64,000 nucleotides of DNA from Monocercomonoides exilis PA203. Its lineage: Eukaryota > Protista > Preaxostyla. The position numbers and the translations under genes were made by a program. How positions within the stretch are numbered: position 1 is the stretch's first letter; each line of letters opens with the position of its first letter. The notes under the pieces were generated by a model. The model was not told the DNA's origin, searched no databases, and worked only from the letters and a program-made list of their open reading frames with translations. Of the stretch, positions 40,001 to 50,710 are shown in pieces. The DNA lies in NCBI GenBank assembly GCA_001643675.2, contig LSRY02000029.1:992001-1056000 (forward strand), in the 5' to 3' direction.

Positions 40001-41074
40001 TCTCTTTCCTCTTCTTCTCCTTTTTCTTCTTTCATTTCTTCTTTTTGTACTTTTTGTGTTTCTTCTTCTTCTTTTGTTTCTTCTTTTTCTTCTTTTTCTT
40101 CTTTTTCTTCTTCTTTTCCAACTTCATTATCATTCTCTTCTCTTTCCCCTTCCTCAACATCTTCATCTCTCCCACTCTTTCTATCGAATTCATCACCTGT
40201 CTCTATGTTATGTAACATCTGTTGTTTATTCGAAGTATCCATTTCATTCAATGAACCTTCCAATTGAAGAGGAGAACTTCGAAGTTCTGGTGAATTGAAC
40301 GTTGAATCGTTGGATTCTGCTTCTTTTGCCTTCTCTTCTTCTTCTGCTGCTGCTTCTGCTTCTTCAGTTTTCTGATTGCTTTCAATAAGATTTTCATTTT
40401 GTTCTGTTTCTTCTTTCTCTTCTTTCTCTTCTTTCTCTTCAAGTTTTCCCTCTTCCTTATCCTCCAATTTATCTTTTTCTTTTTCTTCTTTATCTTCTTT
40501 ATCTTCATTCAAATTTTCTTTTTCATCTTTATCTTTTTCCTCTTCCTCTCCCTCTTCCTTTTCCTTTTCCTTTTCTTCTTCATCTTCTTCCTTTTCAGAT
40601 TTTCTGCTTTTTATTTCATTTAGCTCCGTCTCAACGTTCTTTTCTGTAACACATTCACGTTCTTCTATTCCTTCAGTTAATTTCTCCTTCTCTCTTCCTT
40701 CTTTCTCTTCAGTCAAAGCTAAGTCTTTCACTGAATTATTGGCTTCTTCTAATTCTTTAACTTCTTTATTTTCTTCTTCTCCTGCTTCTTCTTCTTCTTC
40801 TCCTGCTTCTGATATTTGCTCTGTTTGTTCTGTTTGTTCAACAATTGCCTCATCTTCTGTTTCATCTTTTGTGTCATTCGCATCCAAAAGTGATTCTCTT
40901 CTTGTTCTGTCTTGTTTCTCCTCCTGTTCCTTTTCATTGCTCTTGTCTTCAGATGGAGGTTGGCATTGTTGTGGAGAAAGTGAATGAAAGGAAGAACTAT
41001 TCACAGCTATATCAGAAGAAGAAGAAGAAGAGGAGGAGGAGGAGGAGGAGGAGGAAGAAGAAGAAGAAGAAGAA

Positions 41075-41112
<38 letters not shown>

Positions 41113-42448
41113 TGGCTTGTTAATTGATTTTGTGGAAGCTGGCTGAGAAAGAAAAGAGGTGTTAGGTGGATGAGGAGGAGGAAGATGAGGAGGAAGATGA
41201 GGAGGAAGATGAGGAGGAAGATGAGGAGGAAGAGGAAGAGTAACTGTGGCTGGTGGGGAAGAGGAGCCAAGAAGCCTTAATGGAGAAGGTGATGGTTGGG
41301 TTGTTTGTGATAGAAGAGAAGGAGCAGAAGAAGAGGAAGAAGAGGAAGAAGAAGAGGAAGAAGAGGAAGAAGAGGAAGAAGAAAAGGAAGAAGAGGAAGA
41401 ACGAGAAGGATTGGCAGTTGGAGGTGCAATTACAAATGGAGGCGGTGGAGGCAAAGGAGAAAAGGCTGGAGCTGCTTCTTTCTGAAGCATCGGAAGCGTT
41501 TTTGGTGCTGTTGATTGTGATGCGAGTAAATATGGATTGGATGAGCCCAATCTCAGCTGATTAGCATTCAATGGCAGTGTATTAGCAGGTTTTGGCAGTT
41601 GTATTTGATTTGGCGAGTTGGTGAGTCCAGCGTTTGGAGTGCTCATGTTAGCAGCCAATGGTGCAGCAGAACGTTTTATGTATTTAAGACTCAAGTTCCC
41701 AGTTGTTGAAGCAACAGGAGAGCACGAGTCAGATGAGGATATTGGTGGAATGGCGTTACTGTTAGGCGGAGGAAGTTTTGAGATCGTGCAATCCAAAGAT
41801 TGCGAAGAGCTGATGTTATCGTTATGATGCATTGACTTTAATAACTCGAAAGAAAAATCTGTTGGATAGGGAACGCTCAACGGCAAACGACTCAAAATCA
41901 TTTTCCCTTGGTTTTCAAAATAATTCATTTGAGACTTTGGTGGAGATACTTTTTTCTTCAACTCTGAAGAGTATGTTGAAGCCTGAAATAAGAACAGTAA
42001 AGCGCGAATGCTATTAGATTTGACTTCAATTGATTCTGTCGATTCTCCCAGTTTAATTATGTGGGAAATACGATTTGAAGAAAGAACTCTAACATTTGTT
42101 GCTTGTTTCAATCAAATATAAAATATTTACTAAATTAAATACGAAGGCACACTGCTTGCAAAAAGGATCCAGCAAGACGGACACACATTTAAAGTTTGAT
42201 CAGAAAACGATATTTCGCTTGTTTTGAGGCAACTTAATAAATTTTGCAAATTATTTGTTACATGGTCATTTTAAAAAATAAGATAATACACACGAGTTGC
42301 AAATTGAACGGTTACACGTTGGGCAAATCTTTTTCTCGTTTGGCAAAAAATGTGAACGTGCGCAAGTAGGACAAACCATATCCGATAAGCACTCGGTTAA
42401 CATTGGAGAAAAAGAAGGAAGTGATATTTTAAGAACATTTTCGGCCAT
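25052..42448 (-). CDS. Giant (~5,690 aa) protein with N-terminal FYVE-like Zn finger, armadillo/HEAT-like repeats and Ser-/Glu-rich low-complexity tracts, 5 exons
   Basis: Exons 42294-42448, 42153-42232, 26681-42101, 25248-26554 and 25052-25149 total 17061 nt in frame (last exon less certain). Cys pattern CPTC..ICPTCNRSICNSC..VCPSC. ARM-like segments include LFNLLGSPIPEVQLNMTRAILSL, CLWIIASVINANSLLQDAFYELG and ALPRILTLLGIPNTSLQSSVLDILISI. Confidence 0.75.
41170..41232 (-). repeat. 12-bp coding tandem repeat encoding (PPHL)x4
   Basis: The unit gaggaagatgag repeats on the + strand. The protein reads PPHLPPHLPPHLPPHLPPPHPP. Confidence 0.8.
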
Positions 42449-42679
42449 ATCCAAAGCCGAGCGCCGAATATTAATTCTTATCAAAGAATTAATAATGGAA
42501 TATTTCTTTCTTTCTTTTCATATTCGAATTTTGGAGAATGCGCTTATTGAAATTGCAAACAATTTTTGCTGAAAGTTTGATTTTTTTTTGCAGCCAAGAA
42601 ATTTTTAATTAATTATTGATCGTTAAATTTTATTTTTTTGTTATTTGTTTTTGAATTACCGGAGAAGATATTGATAATT

Positions 42680-43360
42680 ATGTTAACAGAAGATTCTAAT
42701 TATCCATGTATTTTACAAGGATTGGTTTTACCTGGACTTCAAATTGGAAAAGGAAAAGGATTTGCCACAGGTTTTTGAGGAATAAAATTTTGCAATTCTT
42801 CAATTTTTAAGAATTGTTGAAATTATTTTGATTGAAAGCAAATATTGATCCTTTAACGAATGAGAAAGTAATTGCTTCAATTGGACACGGAGTTTATTGG
42901 GGAATTCTGTGGATATGCAAAGATAAGCTAACCTGTTCAAGTCATGAAACTGGGTATGGAATAACAATTATAAATGAAAATTTTACACATTTCTTTAAAG
43001 ATTACGAACAGTGTTCAGTGTTGGGCTTTCCGTTGCGCATTCTGCACCAAGTATTGAAGCTCATATCATTGATCCAAGTTATTCTGGAGAAGATCTTTAC
43101 AACAATTATATATACATATTGGTTCTTGGAAAGTTAAGGAATATGATGAAAATATCAAACGGTTTCCTTTTTTAAGAAATATTATCCGTTTTTCTCTTTA
43201 TTTTTTTTTTTAACTTCCAGATTCAGAAGGATTTAAGCTTCTTGGAGAGCAGATAAAATCGGATGTTGCAAAAGCACAAGATTTAATTGACAAAAGTCCA
43301 TTTAGGTCCATGAATTATTCAACATTTTGCAACAACTTTTTAATGAAAACCGAAAAATAA
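42680..43360 (+). CDS. RFK: Riboflavin kinase (monofunctional flavokinase), 168 aa, 4 exons
   Basis: Exons 42680-42770, 42839-42953, 43001-43161 and 43221-43360 give 507 nt. Motifs GLVLPGLQIGKGKGFATAN, GVYWG, SVG, SIEAHI, DLY, GKLR and EQIKSDVAKA occur in flavokinase order. Confidence 0.85.
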
Positions 43361-43445
43361 TTAATATAACTTATCAAATTAAAATTATATTTTTGTACTT
43401 TTTTCGATGACTTAAAGAATAATTATATTTTGATGTTTAAACATT

Positions 43446-43624
43446 TGGGACGATATTTTTTGCATTATGAATTTTGTTCCACCAAATTATTTTTGATGTT
43501 TTGATCAATTTTCTTTTATTTTCTTCATATTTAAGCATGGGAATGTTTGTCTTTTTATAATATGACGGAGAAAAAGTTTGGAACAAAACAAAGTTTTATT
43601 CATAAAAGAAAATACTACGCACCA
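43446..43624. mobile_element. Degenerate small MITE-like element (TGGGAC-ended family)
   Basis: 43446-43481 (tgggacgatattttttgcattatgaattttgttcca) is nearly the reverse complement of 56811-56846. The opposite end near 43580-43624 is decayed. Confidence 0.45.
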
Positions 43625-43664
43625 TTTCAAATCAATTATTAGATAAACGAAAAATAAAAAGGTT

Positions 43665-43746
43665 CGCACTGAGCAGGATTTGAACCTACGCGGGATAAAC
43701 CCAACAGATTTCAAGTCTGTCGCCTTAACCACTCGGCCATCAGTGT
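43665..43746 (-). tRNA. tRNA-Ser (anticodon UGA), 82 nt
   Basis: A box TGGCCGAGTGG, anticodon arm ACAGA-CT-TGA-AA-TCTGT, long variable arm, B box GGTTCAAATCC, G73 discriminator and a downstream T-run. Pair 1:72 is A-C. Confidence 0.95.
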
Positions 43747-44346
43747 ATGTTAACAAAAAATTAATTAATCAATTTTATAAAAAAACTTGTTTCTTATTTT
43801 TTCTTTGATTATTTTTTTATTGAAAACAATCATCAAAGGATATAGATATATCGAAAATAATCACTAACTTCTGTAAGAACGTTTTTTTGTGTTCAAACAT
43901 ATTTCGTCAAATTATCAAACGTTTTCAATGATATTTTATCAAAAAGCATGTAGGTTTTTTTTTTTTTTTTTTTAAATCTTTCCTTTTGTTGAATTTTCAA
44001 AAACAATTTATTCTTCAAAAATTTATCAATTTTCTGTTCCCACTTACGAAGCTTCACTCAAATGGAACCAATAACATTGTCAAGATTTATTTTTCATGAA
44101 AGCGAAATTTGGAAAGTGGGAATAGAAAATTGATGACATTATGCAATTTTTGTATATTTTGGAAATTAAACAAAAGGAAGTTTTCAAAGAAAAATTTGCC
44201 TTATCGTTAGTGTTAACAAAGGTGGACACTTTCAATATCTGTATTCAGTGAAATGATTTCAACTTCCTTTGATAGTTGCATTTCGATAATTAACCCAAAT
44301 ATATATTCTATGTAACCAAACTCACACACGAAAAAATTATTTATTA

Positions 44347-44347
<1 letters not shown>

Positions 44348-44382
<35 letters not shown>

Positions 44383-44413
44383 AAAAAAAAGAAAAAAAAA
44401 AAAAAAAAAAAAA
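44348..44413 (+). repeat. Poly(A) tract (~65 nt)
   Basis: Near-pure A run with two G interruptions. Confidence 0.9.
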
Positions 44414-44680
44414 TTCAATTTCGATAATTATTTCAGACAGTATTTTTTCTATTTCATGATGATGGATTACAGAGAATAATACGTTGTTATTCATTTGGCA
44501 ACAAACAATCATTCTTTAATAAACATTTAATTAAAAAAAACAAAACGATTTTTTGAAGACTGTCAAAATATTTCATTGAAATGATCCTTTTGTCGAATAT
44601 GAAGAATTCCATTCACTCAACAAAAATTGTTTAACTCAAAATTTCATACTGTAAAATGATTTCTTTTGAATTGAATATAT

Positions 44681-44920
44681 GGGTAATTCTTTTTGAAAAG
44701 TCGCAAATGTTTAATTTTCAAATAAATCAAAAATTACATATTTTGCGAAATATTTTGTTAACAAATATCAAACTCAACTTTAATAGAATCTGTTTCTTGA
44801 AAATGCGATTTCAAACATTCTTGAGGAGATTTGTGAGCTGAAACAGAAATTTGAGCAATAAATGAAATTTTTGATATATTTGAAAATTGAACATTTGAGA
44901 CTTTTAAAAAAGAATCACCC
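44681..44920. mobile_element. 240-bp MITE (GGGTRATT termini)
   Basis: Imperfect TIR of ~60 bp: gggtaattctttttgaaaagtcgcaaatgtttaattttcaaat versus atttgaaaattgaacatttgagacttttaaaaaagaatcaccc. Confidence 0.75.
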
Positions 44921-45166
44921 AATTAGAATTATTATTTTTCGATTTTGAATTATTTTTGATGTCCGACATACGAAAATGAAATAATGAACTCCATTTTGAA
45001 AGAAAAAAAACATTTTCAATTCTTTGAGAAACTTGGAGAATCTTATTTCTCCGAATTTCTCCGAAAAGAAAAATTAATTCTTTTTATGAAATTTCATTGA
45101 GTTTGATGAATAACTTAAACTATTTAAATAAGCACTCATTCACTGAAGTAATTATTTGATTAATTG

Positions 45167-48100
45167 TAAACCTGTGTGACGTGATGAAATTTTTGTCTTC
45201 ACGTCCGTCAGTGAATTTAGGTCACGTCAGTGGCTTTTTTTTTTTTTTTTTTTTTATTTTTTTATTTTTTATTTTTTATTTTTTATTTTTTTCTATTAAG
45301 AAAAAAGATAACTTAATTATTAATAGTGAACATTTTTTATTTTTGAATAAAAAGTTTGCTTGAAATAATTTTTTGAATGGTGCAATTATTGATTTGATTT
45401 TTTTCCCATAAATCGATTTCAATTTAAAATTTAGAATGAGTTGCTTTTAATCAGAGATCCAACGCCTCATTTGCACAATAATGTTCATGATGTGTCACTC
45501 CACTACATTTTACATAACGATTGATGTATCTAGCACTTATACGGTTTAATATTATTTAAAACTCTCTGATTTTTCATTTTGTTGTTTTTTCTTTTTTCAA
45601 TCAAATTTTCATATCTCTGCCCACTATTCTCAAGTATTTCATTTCTTAATTGCTTATTTTAGACAATCACTGAATGCCTCTTATGTTTGTATGTTTGTTA
45701 AATTTTATCAAAGAATATTTTAAAAGATTTCTCTTTTTCATCATTTCCTCCGCATCCTTTCCTGTCCCCACGCTCTTTCATCGATTCAACCTTCAATTTA
45801 GAACAAACAACTTCATTTTTCAGACATGCTCTTCATCAAATGCTGCTGTAGTGCATGTTAGAACCGAAACTCAAAGATAAACACCAGGATGATTGATTTT
45901 ATTCGATTTAAACAGCCATCGCTTCGAATAGCGTGAATGGAATGATTCAAATGGAGGATCAAGTTGTGGTGGAGCACATAAAGTCAACTGCGCAAATGCA
46001 AATCTCTCAATCATTTCGTGTTCATTCGACAATTGTTACTGTACAGGAAATGGTGAAGGAAGAGCAATATTCTGTCGATATTTATTACAAATCAGCATTA
46101 CAAAATCTAATTTTTCGAATTGTCAGGCGAGACATGGAGGTGCTGTAGAAATATGGACTCCTCAATCTAATTCCGTTTGGGCATTCTCTGAAAACAGAGT
46201 GGAAAATTGTTCAATAACAGATTGGTGTGGAACTAGATGGTATTTTCATGTGTATGATATGGCCTCGGCTTGTCAATTCCTGTTTTCCAAATGCAAGTGC
46301 ATTTCAAATTCTGGTGGTGATGCTGCTGGTTCTTTAACATTTTATAATCCTCCAGGAAACAAACCAAACCATTTTTCTATCAATGAGTGTCAATTCATTA
46401 ATAACAAATTAACTGCCTCTGCCAATTATGGAGGAGCTGCGATTTGCTTCCTTCCACCATATTCCTGGATGAATGAAATTCGATTCATCACTTTCTGCTT
46501 CTTTGATGGAAACACCGCAGCTAATGGCAGAGGAAATGATGTGTTCTTCAATGGTAATTCCATCACCCAATCTCCGTTTGAGAATTGTGGATCAACAACC
46601 CTATCGAAAAGAGTGTGGAATAATGGAACGGCTGAAAACGCTGAATATAATGGCTGGCTCCCACTCATTGCCCAGAACAAAATCGTTGCCAGCAATGGAA
46701 CTGATGTCGACGTCTGTGGTAGACCCCAACAGACCCCATGTGCCACCATCGAGTATGCCCTCACTGGCTTCATTTCTCTCCTCCAAGACGCCTCTCTCAC
46801 CCTCCTCACCTCAACATTTGTTCCCATTCAAACACTCACCTTCAGCGCTGTTGATACAAAAATCACTGGAAATGGCACAACTGCCACCACCATCGCCTCC
46901 AGTGGCATTCCTCAACCACAAAACTCACATTCACACTCATCACAATCAACGTCATCATTTTCATCATTTTCATCAACATCAACATCTTCTTCGCCAGATC
47001 CATCTGCCTCGTCTGCCCTCTTCCAACAGACCCAGGGCTCCCTCACAGTCTCTGCCCTCGCCATCGCTCACAACTCCTCAAATCAAATCACCCCCATCCT
47101 CTTCCACCTCTCCCAAAACTCCCCTTCCCTCAAACTCAACACAACCACCATCACCGGAACAACCCCATCTTCATCATCAATCAAAACCCCCCTCTTCTTC
47201 CTCACTGCTGGCTCCCTCGCCCTCAACCACACAGCAATCACCAGTCTCACCCTCAACAGCCAAAGCATCTTCCACCTCACCTCCCTCACCGCTCCCCTCA
47301 CCCTCAACTCCTCCAGCATCACCCACATCACCTCCACAGCTTCCCCCGCCAGCTGTGTCCTCTCCTCTGCCACCTCCCCTGCCCTCTCCCTCTCCCTCGC
47401 CAACTGCACCATCACCAACATCAACTCAGAACAGTTGAGCCAACAGACTGCCACAGATGGCGGGTGCATCTCATTCGCCTCATCCCTCTGCCAACACATT
47501 TTCTGTGAGTGACACCAAATTCACTGAATGTGATATGAGCAAAGAAGAATCGAAGAATTAGAAAGAGAGAAAAGCGAATACTCAGAGATCGGAACATGTT
47601 GGTGGACATGAAAGGAAAACTCAAACGAAACCTGTTTCAAGCGGATCAAAGAGAATGACATTCTGCGGGGATGTTGCGAAAAAGAATGATACAAAAGATA
47701 ATAATTTAGAAACAAAAAAAATTTGAATTAAGAGAAAAGATGAAAAAGAAGATGATTGAATAAACCAGATAACTGTTTCATTTCGCAAGCTTTCAATGAT
47801 TTATAAGTTAATAAAAACAATGAAATATTATGTGTATATTTTTTAAATTTTCGAGATGAATTACAAAGTTTGTTTTTGAAAAAAAACAATAAAAAACAAC
47901 TGGCTTTCAAAATATCTTCTGTATATTCCTCGGATTTGATGTGAGACATTGAAAAAAAATATTAAAATTTTGATGTGCATTTGCTAATAATTAGAAATAA
48001 ATTTACTTAACAATGAATCCACTTTCAAAGCTATTAAGAAGTGTCAAACTTCTCAAAACATTTCATTCATTCGGACAACGATTCAGCCCTCATCTTCTGT

Positions 48101-49169
48101 TAAAAAAGAGAGAGAAAAAAGTTCTGCAAAGTTATAAAAGTCTTTTGTGCTTTTCACCATTCCATGCAAAATCTTTATCAAAAATTTCTGATCATCTTTC
48201 AATTCTTCCAGTAATGAATGATTCTTCCATTTCGCAATCGTTATTCTCGACGCAATTTGTTTCATGTTTATGATATCCAAAAAACTTTTTTCTATCACTC
48301 GTTTTCGAAGAAAAATTGTTCAGTCGTGATGTTCAGCAGGCGTTTCTGAAAAAATTACGCTCAATAATCAAGTGACGAAGATAAGGAAGGCAGGCGCTTC
48401 AAGTCGATCGAAGAAATTGATAAATACTTTTCAACGTTGTCGGCAAAGAAAGATGAATGAAAAAAAACGAAAATAACATTTTATTGAAAAGGAATTTGTT
48501 GAAGCCGAATCTTCCATATATTTGTGTGCGTAACAAAGATGAAGATAAACAATGAGGAGTTGGTTATCTGACTACTGGCTTTGGACATTTTAGTGAACTT
48601 TGTGAACTTGTTAATAAAAAAATAGTTTTATAAAATTTATCATTAAAAAAACAAGCCATTTTCTGACACTATTTCATTCTGGACAAATTGTTGAATTTTT
48701 TTGAGGTCAAGTTTTTTTTGTGTGTTCTCGCTGCACGTGTTCAATTTTGATTTGTTCAATAATTACTTGATAAAATAGTAAAAAAACTTCATCGCACCAT
48801 TCCATTTCACCTTCAGCATGGCAAAATGCAACTTATTCACCAATTAGTATTTATTTCAATTTTTTGTCCAACATTGAAATGCTGACTTGCCCTGACGGTC
48901 ATGACCGTCACCGACGATCTAAAATTCCTTTTTTGCCTATTCGTCAGTTTCCCATTGTAATTTTTTCATTGATTTAAAGTGATAAAAAAAGTTTTTTGAT
49001 TTTATTGTATAAATAATAATTTTAAAAATGAAATTAAATGAATTATTTGATTTTTTTTGAGCTTTCACGAAAAATTAAAACTTTAATAAATCACTGACGA
49101 GAATATTTTTGTTGAGTCCGTCAGAATTGAAAATTTTCACGTCAATGGTCATTACGTCACTCAGGTTTA
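45167..49169. mobile_element. ~4-kb inverted-repeat-bounded segment (possible non-autonomous, cargo-carrying DNA transposon)
   Basis: taaacctgtgtgacgtgatga (45167-45187) matches the reverse complement of 49149-49169 at 19/21 positions. TGACG/CGTCA motifs cluster subterminally at both ends. Confidence 0.5.
45827..47561 (+). pseudogene. Degenerate beta-helix (GGA[I/V]/FxxN, Pmp-like) surface protein gene fragment
   Basis: The frame is open from 45932 to 47512 with motifs GGAVEI, FINN..YGGAAICF, FDGNTAANGRGNDVF and PCATIEYAL. There are stops and a probable frameshift upstream, a frameshift near 47485, and no TM or kinase tail. Confidence 0.7.
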
Positions 49170-49523
49170 ATTAATTGTTGAAATCCAACTTTCAAAAGAT
49201 GCTAAAATTAATTTCTCTGTCCACAGTTATTGAAAATGTACACCATTATTAATAGAAACAATGTTTTTTATTAATCTCTATGATAAGTGACATTTCATAA
49301 AAATCATAATCACATTTAGTCTCAAAATGCCTGTGAAAAAAACCTATGTGATTGTATCCAATTTTGAAATTGTTAACATTAATTTTTGTTCATTCAAATA
49401 AAATTATGCGTTACATGTTCTTTTTCTGAAGAGGATGATAATTTTTGAAATCATGACATTTTTCGGTGTGTTGAATATCCAAAGATTTTCAGTCTTTATT
49501 CATATTATTTTCATCTACACCAT

Positions 49524-49698
49524 TTATTATTCAAATTTGGTAAACTTATTATTCGAAATTGTTAAACTTATTATTCAAAATTGTTAAACTAATTATTCGA
49601 TTTTGGTAAACTAATTATTCAAAGTTGTTAAACTAATTATTCAAAATTGTTAAACTTATTATTCGAAATTAATAAACTTCTTATTCAAAATTAATAAA
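49524..49698 (+). repeat. 8 x 22-bp tandem repeats in left TIR (mirrored at ~54471-54645)
   Basis: Consensus TWATTATTCRAAATTGTTAAAC. These are probably transposase-binding sites (inference). Confidence 0.85.
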
Positions 49699-50505
49699 AA
49701 TGCAATATCTGAATATGTATTTGAGCAATATTCAAAAAACTTTTTTCCCTCAAATATTCGATTTTTTGAGAAAGTATTTCTGCAATTTTCGCAAATTAAG
49801 AAAATGTTATTTTTTCTTCAAAATAAATATTGAATCAAAATCTTTTCTCTGTAATTCAAAACAATAAATTTTGTTCGTTGTTGTTGATTGTATTGTTTGA
49901 GAACTTTTCAATATTAAAATATTTAATTTAAAAAATACACCAATAATAAAATTCGGAAAGAATTGATTATAACCAATAAATTATCATCATTTTTTGTAGA
50001 AAAGAACGAGAAACATTTATTTGTTTACGAGGAGATTGATATTGGTAAGCAACAAAGAAGATTTCAATTTTAAATAAAACACATAAAAGTGCATCATATA
50101 ATTATGCTCAAAATCTTGAAAACAAATAATATAAAAATTCAAACTTCATATTAAAAAGCAACATATTATTTATTATTACGAAAACAAAAAATAAAATTTG
50201 AAATAACTCACATTATTTGAAACAAAGTTCATATTTTCGAGTGGGATATGATCGGAAATACGGGGATTAAAAAATTATCGAACAAATAGAAACTTCAGAC
50301 TCAAATATAAATTTTTGAAATTTTAAGTTCAATTGAAAGATACTAAATAAAGTGAGTCATAGAGTTGTGTTTAAATTATATTAACACTTAAAAAAATAAA
50401 CAAACCTAAAAGAAAAAAAAATACTACACAGTTGTAAATAATGAAAGCTTGAATGAAACAAATATGTAATTTGCCTTTGTAAAGAAAGTCGGCATGAAGT
50501 TAAAT

Positions 50506-50710
50506 GGTGCAGAAGTAGAAGACTTGAAGATTGAAGGCGCAGAAGAAGAAGACTTGAAGATTGAAGGCGCAGAAGAAGAAGACTTGAAGATTGAAGGCGC
50601 AAAAGAAGAAGACTTGAAGATTGAAGGCGCAGAAGAAGAAGACTTGAAGATTGAAGGCGCAAAAGAAGAAGACTTGAAGATTGAAGGCGCAGAAGATAAT
50701 GGCTTGAAAT
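50506..50710 (+). repeat. 30-bp minisatellite (~6.5 copies) inside the transposon
   Basis: Unit gaagaagacttgaagattgaaggcgcaraa. It reads (EEEDLKIEGA)n on + and (APSIFKSSSS)n on -. Confidence 0.9.

Larger units (their letters stand above)
44206..49259. mobile_element. Decayed GTTAGTGTTAA-family non-autonomous DNA element, apparently split by nested insertions
   Basis: The left end gttagtgttaacaaaggtggacactttcaata (44206), the central palindrome (~45026-45064) and the right end ctgtccacagttattgaaaatgtacaccattattaa (49217-49252) match the corresponding parts of the intact 56851-57252 MITE. Confidence 0.55.

Noticed and set aside
2707-42017. Many antisense and alternate-frame ORFs (e.g. 31082-32467, 6051-7283, 4219-5079)
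   Set aside because: They are shadows of low-complexity TCT/GAA-rich coding sequence and contain no recognisable domains.
43505-43756. 83-aa ORF
   Set aside because: It overlaps the tRNA-Ser gene and is spurious.
44280-44430. 13-bp direct repeat (atttcgataatta) flanking a poly(A)-ended segment, resembling a retro-insertion with TSD
   Set aside because: The enclosed sequence aligns by eye with the MITE interior at ~56938-56970, so it is probably not an insert. A poly(A) expansion or local duplication is simpler.
48013-48460. Short ORFs with coding-like composition (similar case at 56325-56645)
   Set aside because: They are broken by stops and have no recognisable motif. They may be decayed gene remnants but cannot be supported as features.
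49524-50710. 22-bp and 30-bp arrays as possible CRISPR
   Set aside because: Units are head-to-tail with no unique spacers, there are no cas genes, the context is eukaryotic, and both arrays lie inside a transposon.
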